This document shows positions 13,411-24,828 of a stretch of 43,592 bases of DNA, piece after piece. The DNA is from Selaginella moellendorffii (Eukaryota > Plantae > Lycopodiophyta). A program made the position numbers and the translations under genes. Under the pieces are notes generated by a model, which made no database searches, had not been told where the DNA came from, and saw nothing but the letters and a program-made list of their open reading frames with translations. The stretch covers positions 327,103-370,694 of the forward strand of contig NW_003314273.1 in assembly GCF_000143415.4 (NCBI RefSeq), read 5' to 3'. How positions within the stretch are numbered: position 1 is the stretch's first letter; every line of letters begins with the position of its first letter.

Positions 13411-14985
13411 CTTTGCTATGGAACTGAAAGAATACCTCGAAAATGGAGGTAGTGATCTTATATTGCTTGGTGCAACAATCAAAGGAAAAAGAGCAAAAGA
13501 CTAATGGCCAAAATTGGGCCATGGAAATTATTGAAAAGAATTTAAATGACAAAATTAGGTAAGCAACACTCATGTATTGGATGCTAATAGATTGTGAGAA
13601 AAAATATATATTTCCAAGGATGGATTTTTGCTCTAATTTAGCAAAGGTGAAATCTCCAAAGGAAGGAGTGGCAAGAAAGTCAAATAATAAAGCCGTGGAC
13701 AGCCCTAGCACAAATTATGGATAAATGGAATTTAGTGCTTAGAGTGGCATGAAATAGAAAAGAAGATAATGGTGCCTTCAAGTAAAGAACTTTCAAGGAT
13801 GGGGAAGTGGAGTTTACATAACATATGCAATACAAGGTGTTAAAGACACTTAAGAAATTGATTTTGAGAAGTCAAAATTAAAAGTTCTAAAGTGTGATAG
13901 TTATATTGATAGAACCTAAAACTACTCAAGAATGAGTAGTTGGATTGAAATAGAGAAGATGTTTTTAACAAGTTCAACAAGAACTAAACTAAATAAAGGG
14001 AGAGAACCACTAAAAGTGGTCTAATGAGTCTCTAAGTTATCGAGACTATGCTCTTTAAAGGATAGGCAAGGCATGGTGACCTTTAGATATTAAACCATTA
14101 ACACATATTGGCTTGGTGCCAAGGATGAAAAATGGTAATCCATAATGGGGTTATTTTATAAAATGGTTTATTGTTTGATGAAGATATTGAACTTCGTCTA
14201 TAGGTAGTGGAGTTGTGAGACACAAATCCCTAAGCCCCAAAGTGGAGCAAAAAGGGTGCCATATGATAGTGGTCAAAGTAGAAGTCCAACAAGCATAATA
14301 TGTTTGGACCAAAAGCTCCAACTCAGAAAGTCGAAAGTGGGAACAAAACTTCGAACAAAATGCTAGAGGAATGAGCATGAAGCAATTAGTGAATGAGTCT
14401 CTAAAAAGGGATAGAAGAAGGACTGACACATGGCAAGTGTTATGACACATAGAAGTGTTAAAAACGAGTCCAAAAAGGAGTTCGAGAAGGAATCTAAGAT
14501 AGAGTCTGATATGGACCTGAGATGGACCCAAGATGGAGTTTGAGATGAACCTGCGGTGGAGTCTAAGATGGACCCGAGATGGAGTCTAAAGTCGAGTCTG
14601 AGATAGACCTGAGATGGAGTCCAAGGTTGAGGCCGAGAAAGAGCCCGAGAAAGAGGCCAAGAAAGTGATCGAGACCGAGACTGAGACAAAGACCAAGTCT
14701 GAGACCGAGTCCGAGACCAAGTCTGAGACTAAGTCTAAGACTGAGTTTAAGTCCAAGTCTGAGGGTGAAAGCCTAAAGCAATTGTCTCCCAGACCCTAGG
14801 GGGTTTAGTGAGCTCCAAAAGTATAATAGGGGGAGGACTCCAGTGGAGCCAATTTAGCCAAGAAAGGACAATGTGACCAAAGAAGGCTATACCCACATGT
14901 TAGGTGATGATATATCCACTGAGGAGTTCAAGGTTAGAGTGAATACGAATAAACAAATAGGGTAATTTGATGAAATATTCAAGAG

Positions 14986-16507
14986 TGTAAGTGACTAAAT
15001 TTTCCATTCTACTTTAGTCACTTAACCACACCTCCGACTATTTGGAGGAGTCTTACTCACAACCTTTGTAAGTTCTATTTTGGACTTAGGGACTTGTTAA
15101 CCCCAAGAATGGCATCCATGCCACTTAACCATTGCACTTGGTCCAAATGCTCCATATGTTCAATCCCAGGACCAACACCCCAAAGTACTACCAACATATC
15201 AGCCCATTACGCTAAGGCCATGCCCATTCACCTTGGTCATACCAGTGGTCTGACACCACCTACATCATAGTCCTGTCTCTCAAAGACTGGGCCATTCTTC
15301 CCTGAGTGATCATTTTAAATCCACTCCTTAGCCTCCTTAGGATGCTCGCAAACATGGGGAATGCCTTCCCCAATATCCCTTTTACAGTCCCCACCAAGTC
15401 CCTTTTCTGTCTATAGTTGCATTCGCCAACACTGCCACTGGGACAAGGCCCATAGGCCTGACCACTAAGCCTTATGGTCCTCTAGAACTTCCTCACCACA
15501 CGATTGTATCCTTGGTCACTACACCAAAGGATTGCTCCTCTTCCTTTCTATAGTTTGGGCCTTTGGGACAACATTTCGGAACACCATGGCCCTACGCGAG
15601 CCTCATGGGTACTCTCTCCACCTTCCACCTTTGGGTGCTCTAGCCATGAACTTAGAGCGAGGTTCTGTTGAGCCATGTCAGGTATCCAAGTAGGTAGTGC
15701 TACCCACACTTGGACTAGGAGCATCAACTATTTGATCTCCCAGGGGAACTAAAGCCGGCTCTTGAACACTTCACCAAGCTACCCTGCTTGTTGGTCCGTA
15801 TTCACTTTAGTCTTGGACTTCCCAATGGTCAGCTCATCACCCAACACCTGGGTATAGCCTTCCTGGGCCAAACTAGCCTTTCCTGGCCAAACTGGCTCCA
15901 CTGGGCTCCAACCCCCACACTCTCCCTACTATACTTTTGGAACCCTCTGCAGCCCCCCCCCCCCCTTCTAGGGGACGATTGCTTTGGGCTTTCACCCAAC
16001 TGCCTGTATTAGTATTCGGACTCGGACTCAGTCTCGGTCTTGGTCTCGGACTTGGACTTAGTCTCAGTCTCGGTCCCTGTTCCATGTCGAATCCATCCTA
16101 GACTCCATCTTGGATCCATCTCGAGTCCATCTCGGTCTCCATCTTGGATCCATCTTGGGTTCATCTCGGACTCCATCTCGAACTCCATCTTGGGTCCATC
16201 TTGGACTCCATCTTGGGTCCATCTCGGGTCCATCTTGGGTCTGTCTCAAACTCCATCTTGGACTCCTTCTTGGACACTTCCACGTGTCATGTTTAGTCCT
16301 CTTGTGTCCCCTTTTCTAGAGACTCACTCATGGCTCGTTTTGTGCTTGTTCCTTGAGCATTGCATTGGGAGTTCCACTCCCACTCTCGACTTTTCAAGTC
16401 GGAGATTTTAGTCCAAACATGTTATGCTCGTTTGGCTTTCGCTTCAACCACTACCACATGGCACCCTTTTGGCTCCACTTTAGAGCCTAGGGATTTTATG
16501 TCTCACA
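14986..16507 (-). mobile_element. Solo LTR (1522 bp) inserted antiparallel into the 14214-17278 LTR
   Basis: TG...CA termini. Perfect TSD AAGAG at 14981-14985 and 16508-16512. Host LTR continues CTGGCTCTAACTCCCC as in intact copies. Confidence 0.95.
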
Positions 16508-17278
16508 AAGAGCTGGCTCTAACTCCCCTGGAACGTCAAAATGGTTGATGCTCCCAATCCAAGTGTGGGTAGCACTACTTACTTGGCTACCTAGCGTGGC
16601 TCATCAAAACCTTGCTCTAGCCACATGGCTAAGGCACCTAAGGGCAGAAGGTGGGGAGAGTACCCATGAGGCTTGCATAGGGTCATAATGTTTTGAAATA
16701 TTATCCCAAATTCTTGGACTCTGGAAAGGAAAAAGAGTAATCCTTTACAATCACATGGTAAAGAAGTTCTAAAGGTCAATAAGACTTAGTGATCAGGCTT
16801 TTATGCCTTGACCCAGTAGCAATGTGGGCAAGCACGGCTATGGATGGGGACTTGGTAGGAATTGCAGGCAAAGTGTAAGCTGCCAACTTCACCCCAGTGC
16901 GGTAAGTATAGCCAATGAGTTTCAAGCGAAATTGGTATCACACTCACTTTTGAACCATTCATTGATAAATGGCTTAGTATTTGAGAGATGGGTTTGTGAT
17001 GTAAGTGGTCTTGGGCCACCAAGATGACAAAGGTGAATGAGCATAGCTTTAGCGTAATAAGTTGATATATCAATGGTACCTTTGGGTGTTGGTCATAAGA
17101 TCGGACACGTGGAGCACTTGGACCAAGTGCAAAGGCTGAGTTGCATAGATGCTATTCACAAAGCTAACAAGTCCCCAAGTTCGAAGTCATACCTATAGAG
17201 GTTATAAGTGAAACTCTTCCAAATGGTCAAAAGTGTAATTAAATGACTAAAGTAAAATGAAAAATTTAGTCACTTACA

Positions 17279-17521
17279 TGCAAGTGGTCTTAAACCATCA
17301 ATGTGACAAAATTGAATGAACATGACTCTAGTGTAATGGGCTAATATATTAATGGTATCTTTGAGTGTCGGTTATGAGATTGGACATGAGGAGCACTTAA
17401 ACCAAGTGCAAAGGCTAAATGGAATAGATGTTATTCACAAGACTAATATGTCCTCAAATCCTAAATAAAACTTATGAAAGTTGCAAGTGAAACTCCTCCA
17501 AATAATCAAAGGTATGGTTAA
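17279..17521 (+). mobile_element. Truncated 3' fragment of a further, older LTR of the same family
   Basis: Repeats the LTR segment seen at ~16999-17240 immediately after an LTR end; stops before the terminal CA. Confidence 0.75.
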
Positions 17522-18157
17522 TTGTGAAATTGCTTTTATCTTTGACCTTTACTAAATATTAACTAAAATCCACAACCTTTTCCTTTGTGAGGCTTTCTAG
17601 CTTTGTGGAAAGGGCAAAATCATTATATGGTAGCTCTTCTTGGAACTAAAGTTTACTAAGTCTACTTTAAAAACTCTTTAACTTATTCTTCTTCATTGAT
17701 GTTTGTTTAAATGTACTACTTGAATTTCCTCCAAAAGTCATTTTTTGCCCTCTATGAGTCAAATTCTCTCCTGCCATGCAACAGGATACTACTTCCCAAT
17801 AATTTTAGACATCTAATTCTGGAAAAGACTATAGATCTCTTTATCTAATCACTCCCTACATAACAAAATCTTAGGATATATAATATTTTACTACCCTCTT
17901 ATACCGAGTCAAGTTTGAATTGACCCATATTACCAATGTATATTCTCTAGTTGCACAGCAAACTCCTCCAGGAATGTGGAAACACCAAGTCAATAGGAGT
18001 TCCAAGAAGAGATTTGAGGATTTAATAAGCTTCTTAGTTAGACACACATAGTTCCCTCTGTGCCAAGGTTTGGACAGCACAAGCATGAAGAAACTGCGGC
18101 TTGAGAGGAGTGTGCTGGAGAAAAGCGAACACTTTTGCCTGAGTTTGCAAACGTTTC

Positions 18158-21100
18158 TCAGCTGCTTGACGCAAAGCTGCTTAGCCGCTGTAGCATCTTC
18201 TTGGCAGCATCGCGCATTGCTCTCTCTTTGTTGGCCATGAAGCAGCTCACTTGTTCCAAGAAACCTTCGCCAGGGATTTCCACTGACACAGTGAATGAGA
18301 ACCTGGCAGACAGCGCAGTAGCAACCATGTCAGTCGGACAAACACGACATTTTCCCGAGCTCACCATCGTCCTTGAGCCACTCCACGCCTTTCCTTTGCC
18401 TCGAATTTCGGTGATCCCAGCTTTCTCTGGCTGCAAAAGTCTTGCAGGAGAGCTATCGCACAGTTCGTCATCTCTGTTTGCACACAGGCGTTTAAGACAG
18501 TAGAGTGGCATGGGGAGCTTTTACCTGTTGTTACCGCAGTCAGTGACTCTAAATCAACGTCCAGGTTGCGAATTGGTACAAAACTTTTGGACGAAGTATG
18601 AGCTTGATTGTGTTCAACTGTAAGGCAGTTCACCTGTTAAACCGCAGAAAGAAAAAGTGATGGCAACCTTGTCCAGAGTAATCAGTAGTTTCCACGTTCC
18701 GTGTATTCTTCTCCTCAGTTATATCAATCTTTTCTGAAGCATCTAGATAGTAAAGAATAAACTAAAAAGAGTGAGAATGCAATTAGATACTACGTTACCC
18801 TGTCCGGAGCAATCAGTAATTGTCAAGTTGCATGTCATCTGCTCCTCAGTTACATCAATTTGAAGTGGCAGCTGTTCTGAAACCTCTGGATAATGAAGAA
18901 CCAAATAAAAGAATGAGAACATCAACAATATGATACCTTGTCCAGAGAAATTGGTAATTTCCATGTTGCATATAGTCTGCTCCTCGTTTGCTCCACTTCT
19001 AGGTCGCATTTGTTCATCTGGATAGAGGAAAACAAAGATTTGAGAATGAAAAGATTTGAGAATGAAGTAAATCATGTGGATGGATTTTTTCACGGAAGTC
19101 TCAAGCTATAGCAACCTTGCATCCCCTTCAATTCCAATGCATTTTCGTGTGAAGGAACACCATCTTCTTCTTGAGTTAAAGAGTCCCAACGAGGATGCCG
19201 ATGGCCAAGGTCCTGCGCTTTCAGCGAGTCAGATCCACAAGGAACTGAAACAGAGGATTTACCTTAAGCATCGTCAGCAGTTTTTCTGCTACGTCTTTCC
19301 GTGCATCTTTCTTGTTCTTAATGCTTGAAACTTCGGTGAACCTTTGCTCACCAGCTTTTAAAAGTATCTCTGCTGTGGCACCAGAGCTTGATTGGACCCA
19401 TTCGAATTCCCAGCTCTTATAACTGCACAATTCGTGAAACTCTCTAACCGGATGGAATGAGAGCGTCGCCGGTGTCACAAACGGTGACAAAAGCCGCTTC
19501 AATACAACCCACAGCTTCTCGAAATCAAAGCCGGAATCCACAAGTATTGCCCCCGCTACACTTTCCACAATATCTGCCAGGGCCTGCACAGTCGAGAGCG
19601 TCACAAAACATACCGTAAAACAACTAAAGATACTTTACCTTTGGCCCCGAAAGAGCTTTGAACCCAAACATAACACTGCATTCCGGATCTCTGTCTAAAA
19701 CATCCAGAAATGAATTTATCTTTGCTCGTAGTTCTGCGGAGCCGTGTCGAAGGTACGAGTGCAGTCGATGCTTCACTGCAACGCGAGCTAAACAGTCGTT
19801 ATTGACAGATGCTGAGCGGAGGTCCGAGAGCAATCCCGGGCTTAAACCGGGGTGTGACGTAAATAGGTGTCGAGTCACAAGAAAATCAAGGACAGCATCC
19901 CCGATGAACTCCAACCTCTGAAAATAAAAACGGAGATAAATCTGACATTAGTAAACAAACCAGCCGTCTTACCTGGTAGCAGAAAACCGTATCCGGTGTA
20001 GAAGCATGCGTGATCGCCTCCAGCAGAAGCGCCTTGTTCTGGAACGTGTAACAGAGTTCTTTCTCTAACGAAAGCAAGGCAGGCATATGAAACTGAACTG
20101 CATCCAAAGGAACAGGGCGATGCTGGCTCGCTGCGATTAAACCACTGTCGAAATCCACATCTACTTGCAGTGCTTTCATGAACTCCAAAGCACCATCGAA
20201 GCCCCCTCCAACAGTATACGCCCCGATCAAAGCTTCTAAAGCATCCGACGTGGTTTTGGAGCACATCCATCGATGGCCTTGTCCGCAAGTTTTCCCGACG
20301 TAGTACGTAGCATCTGTCGGTCTTGGCTTGCTTGATTCTTTTGTCACAAGGTTGTCCAGTCGACAGCAGCATTTTCTGCTTCTCTGGCGGTACATACCCG
20401 CTCCGACCCAGTAGGACGGGTAGAAAGGCTCGTCCCGAACATACATCTGGGAACAGTGATAAGAGTCTTATATCAGACGCATATATGCTTACCGGTAAAT
20501 CTTGTGCTACGGCGAGCTTGCGAAGTGTTGAATTGCATATGGCATGAGACCTTCGATCGGACAGTTCACCTTCGTGCATGGTCGAATGAAGAAGATATAA
20601 TTTCCTGGTTACAGCGTACTTGAGAACCGAGTCTCCGAGCAGCTCGAGACCTTCGTATGAGAAACCGTCTTGACAACGCAAGCTTGTGCGTGCCTCGAGG
20701 ATCTGGGAAAAAGCGTTGTACATGTGGCAAAGAACGAAAAACATACATACCTTGGAAGCGTGAGCACATGGAAAATGCTTTGTGAACTTTGTCCGAAGTT
20801 CGGAGGAGATGATGTACGCGGTAAAGCGATACATAAACGAAGGCACCAGATATAAAGATCGAATCATTGAACTCCTTGCGCCAAGAACGAGACAAAGCTC
20901 TGGTGGAATCTCCACAAAGTTTTTTACGATGGCAGCTGGTTCTATAAAAGAGACAGGGTGTTCCATTCAGGTTAGCTTTCCAAAACGACCGAAATCTAGT
21001 ACTTTGTTTGTTGTTTCGATCTGGCTCGTGCAGATGGTTGTGAACGGCATGCGTTGGTTTGGCTCGTAGAAAAGGTTGCGTTTGATATCGCAACAATCGC

Positions 21101-24100
21101 CCATGCCTGAGAAATAGAATGTAAGCAAGCCAGGATACATTGAAGTACGTACTTTCTAAGATAGAACTCCTCGTAAGTGCACGGCTCGGACTCTTCGTTT
21201 TCTTTAAACGTCGACTGAGCTCCTAAATCCTCCAAAACTTCGACAATGGAGAAGAGCTTTCCTGTGTGTACTGTAAGCACGACAGCGTCTTGTAGCGCGC
21301 CGGGACTCACAGGGCCACTAGCTGTGTAAATAAGACCGGCATCGGGTCTCTCCATACAGACCTCGGTCTTGTTCAGCTCGGAGCACAGACTTGGTAGCAA
21401 CTTGGCAGCGTCTGCACAGCGTGTTACGATGTTCCAGTCGATATCACAGCTCCCATCAAGAATAGGTAGCAACAAGTACGTCTCCGACCACAATTCATTC
21501 GCTTTCTCAGTGGAGGAAAGCAAGCACGTTGCCAGTGTCCTGTCGTTCTTATCCTCCCGAAACACCAACCTGCTGAACGCTCCGTTGAACATGATCTCTT
21601 GATAAGCTTTCGCTGCAGCAAGCTGGTGACAGCAACAATATAACATCAATAGTAAACAAACAAAGCAAGGCACGATCCCATACCTGGACAGAGTCTACCC
21701 GACGTTGCCCAGCAGAGGAAAGTTTCGCTTTCACAGCTCTGTTCTTGGTGAGATAGAGATTAACTTCAATATTCCCGACGTCGTCATCAAGGGCGGCATC
21801 AAATAAAAGACCAAAATTTGTATACGTTGAGCCATTCTCCTCCGGATGGAATATGAGAGCATAGATATGCAAAATTATATCCGTCGAGGTCGTTATCCAT
21901 TGTCTCTGGTAAGTAGTGGACTTGATAGACGGAAATAGCTCCTTGAGCTTCGTAGAGCCTGCCTTCACAAGAACCAGGTAAGTAAAGTAAAGAAACACAT
22001 AAGAACCAGAGTACCTAGTCCCGGACCCTCCGAAGCCATCTTTTCTTCGCGGACCTCAGGTGGATGGCGTTCGCCTAGTGCCCCCAAAGCGTCCAGCTGC
22101 CGGCATGCCTCAAGACATGCTACCTTCTTCGCAAGCTGCTTGTTTCGCTTTGGAGGCCCTGTGAGTACATGAAGAGGGGCATTCGGAGGAAACGTTATTG
22201 TACACGAGAACAACTCCTCGTTATCAGATTCACATTTAGTGACTTCGATTTCTGGTTTGGGATTGTAGTATCTGCAATAAAAGTTTGTCAATCCATAACG
22301 TTTAGATATCAATACTCTCAGACCTGTCCCCTGGGAGTTGGCTGCAGTATCTGTAGATAAAAGATACTGCACCATCGGTGCTAATGCATGCTCCAGAGGT
22401 CGTGTAAAAGAAGTCCAAGTCCGCGTCGATCAATGGCGTTATTTCAATAGTTTTGCTCATTCGGGATAATGCTTCGGCCCTCATAAGCTCCTCACTGTTT
22501 ACCAGTTCCATCAGCAGGCTCTCCTGCTCCAGGTTACCCCTGATAATGTACGGTGAGAACTTTGCATATTAAAAAAAGAACATCAAACCTTTCAAGAAGA
22601 AACATATAGGTTGCGTCTCGTTTCCGTGCCCGGCCACGCGACTGAATAAAGCTCCTAAGGGTCCGACAAATATCAAACCTCACGACGCAATTGCACGACT
22701 GCACGTCGAGACCCTCCTCGGCAACTGATGTACAGATTAACACATTCAACTGGACNNNNNNNNNNNNNNNNNNNNNNNNNNNNNNNNNNNNNNNNNNNNN
22801 NNNNNNNNNNNNNNNNNNNNNNNNNNNNNNNNNNNNNNNNNNNNNNNNNNNNNNNATCGATAGCTTTAAAGGTGCTCAGGAGCCTGGCAAGCACCTGTGT
22901 CACGACCACTCTCTCAACAAAAATCATGCATCGAAAAGGCTCAACATTTCTGCCAGAACCAAACAAACAAAAAATCAAACCATTGTATAAACGCTGGCCA
23001 AATGTCTACCTGTATCTCACTAGAATTTTGAGTAATGCTTTAACTTTTGAAGTTAGTAACCCAGAATTGACAGCCTTTTTGGCATCCTCGGGGCTTGATA
23101 TGCTGCTGACGGAGTCTAGGACAGGAAGTCAGTTAAAATTACTGAAAGACATCTCACAAACCTCCAGGCACAAAACTCTTCAAGATGTTGTAAGCTTCTT
23201 TCAAAAACCTTTGTTCGTCATTAGTATCCTCATTGTCCACTGGGGGTTTCGTACCCTCTGGATCAATTTTTAGAAGTACCTCAACAGCCTGCAACACATA
23301 AGTGAGACCAAAACAGCTAAAAAAAATATAGTTTTTCACCAGGACGGCGCTCCACAAACCAAGGTCGAGAAGGGAGCTTGTGATCGCATTATATAGGTTT
23401 GAAAACTTGGAACGTTTTTTATTTTCGTCGCTTAACTGACATGTGCCGATACAGCTTCTTTGCTGATACTGCAATAACCACGTAAAACACAGACAGATAG
23501 ATAATGACATTTACCTTGTCTAACAAATCAGTGAGGCATCTGCGCAATTCTTTAAAACAGTGGTGAGCTTTGTCGTAGTATAAGTTTCGGTAAAAAGGGG
23601 TTGGCACTTTCTCTTCAAGCTCTGCTCGAGATGTTATTGTGTAAATCTAGAAAAGCCAGCACTTAGTTTGAAATTAAAACACGCAAAAAATATATTACCT
23701 TGGAGTCTAAAAGGCTCTCAAGATCTCTCATCTCCTTGCAAAGCTTCCCATCCTCACAGGTAGAGACTACGTAGATCACGTTAGAGAGATGTGTAAAAGC
23801 TCACTGTTGTACCTTTCGTTGCGACGAGAGATCCAGTCATTCCAAAAATTCTCGGTTTAAGTTTCAACGTCGAAGTATGATAGTAAGTCTGGAAACAAAA
23901 CAGCGAGTAAGAATCCAGGAGAGAGCACGAGGCATACCTTCATGACCGAAGCATATGGATGGTTATTTTGAGCCCTGTGGCACTCGTCAAAAATCAAAAC
24001 TTCGATCATTTCCATTCTGATTGCCGATAGCTGGAGCGAGTTAAACAGAACTTGCGCGGTCATCACTAACACCTGAAAAGAGAATTTCGATCGACAAGGC

Positions 24101-24705
24101 CACAAGAGCTGGCAACGCCAGTACCTGATGCGAATCAATCTCCTCGCTCCATTTTCTAACGTCCCAAGTATCCATCTGGCCGCCATGATAAACCCCCACC
24201 TTTAAACGTGTGCTTGACGATATAACGTTCGCTTGCTGCAAGAACAATGAGATGAGGCCACACCACCGAAGATAGCGAAAAAACACTAAAGAGTTACTCT
24301 ACCTGATCAGCAAGAGCCACAGTCGGAGTGAGAAAAACACCGATGCGCTTCTCCTCGGGCATCGAGAGACGATCCGCTAGCTTATTGAAGAGCATCGCGG
24401 CAATGTGTGTCTTCCCAGCCCCGGTCTCAAGGAAAACGATTGTGTTCTCCTTCAAAACTTTCTCAAGAACTTCCAGCTGATAGCTGCCATGCAATGCACA
24501 GAAAACGAACAATGTGAGCGAAAATACTCAAGAGCAGCTCTCACCTCCTCGGCTCAAAATCCACCACAGCAGGCCTTGCAGCTGGAGCAGCGATTATCTC
24601 GCATTTCTCAGTGACTACGATCTTCGATTTCTTAGCCTTGGATGCCTGCTTCTGCGCCTTGCGCTTCTTACAGTTGAGCACCAGCGGATCATCTGGAATT
24701 TCCAT
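18158..24705 (-). CDS. DCL: Dicer-like endoribonuclease (DCL2/DCL4-type), multi-exon
   Basis: ATG 24705 (MEIPDD...KKRK...FEPRS|YQLE). DExH helicase ([13 protein letters not shown]), helicase C ([19 protein letters not shown]), DUF283 ([13 protein letters not shown]), PAZ (TYEEFY, IPPELC), RNase IIIa (EGLELLGDS...DALEALIGA), RNase IIIb (RLEFIGDA...DIVESVAGA), dsRBD1 ([10 protein letters not shown]...[13 protein letters not shown]), dsRBD2 (LLQDFC...[13 protein letters not shown]). Stop 18158. Assembly gap inside. Confidence 0.95.
22756..22855. other. Assembly gap (100 N) inside the DCL helicase region
   Basis: Run of N. Confidence 1.
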
Positions 24706-24828
24706 CGCTTCCTGGCCTGCCCGCAGCGCGAGCTAATGATAATTTTTCAGGGGAAAATCGACCATGACCTAGTCTAGTCGAAAAGGATATGCGACGTAGT
24801 GGAATATTCTCCCGGAACCTTCTCTTGA

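Larger units (their letters stand above)
11111..17278 (+). mobile_element. Internal region (11111-14213, ~3.1 kb, non-coding/degenerate) plus 3' LTR (14214-17278, interrupted by a solo LTR)
   Basis: PBS at 11114; LTR start TGTGAGACAC at 14214; LTR end ...GTCACTTACA at 17278. Confidence 0.85.

Noticed and set aside
11111-14213. gag/pol assignment (gypsy vs copia) for the retroelement interior
   Set aside because: Too degenerate; no protease, RT or integrase motif can be read confidently without a translated search.
24801-24823. Heat-shock element upstream of DCL
   Set aside because: The two GAAnnTTC units are out of phase.
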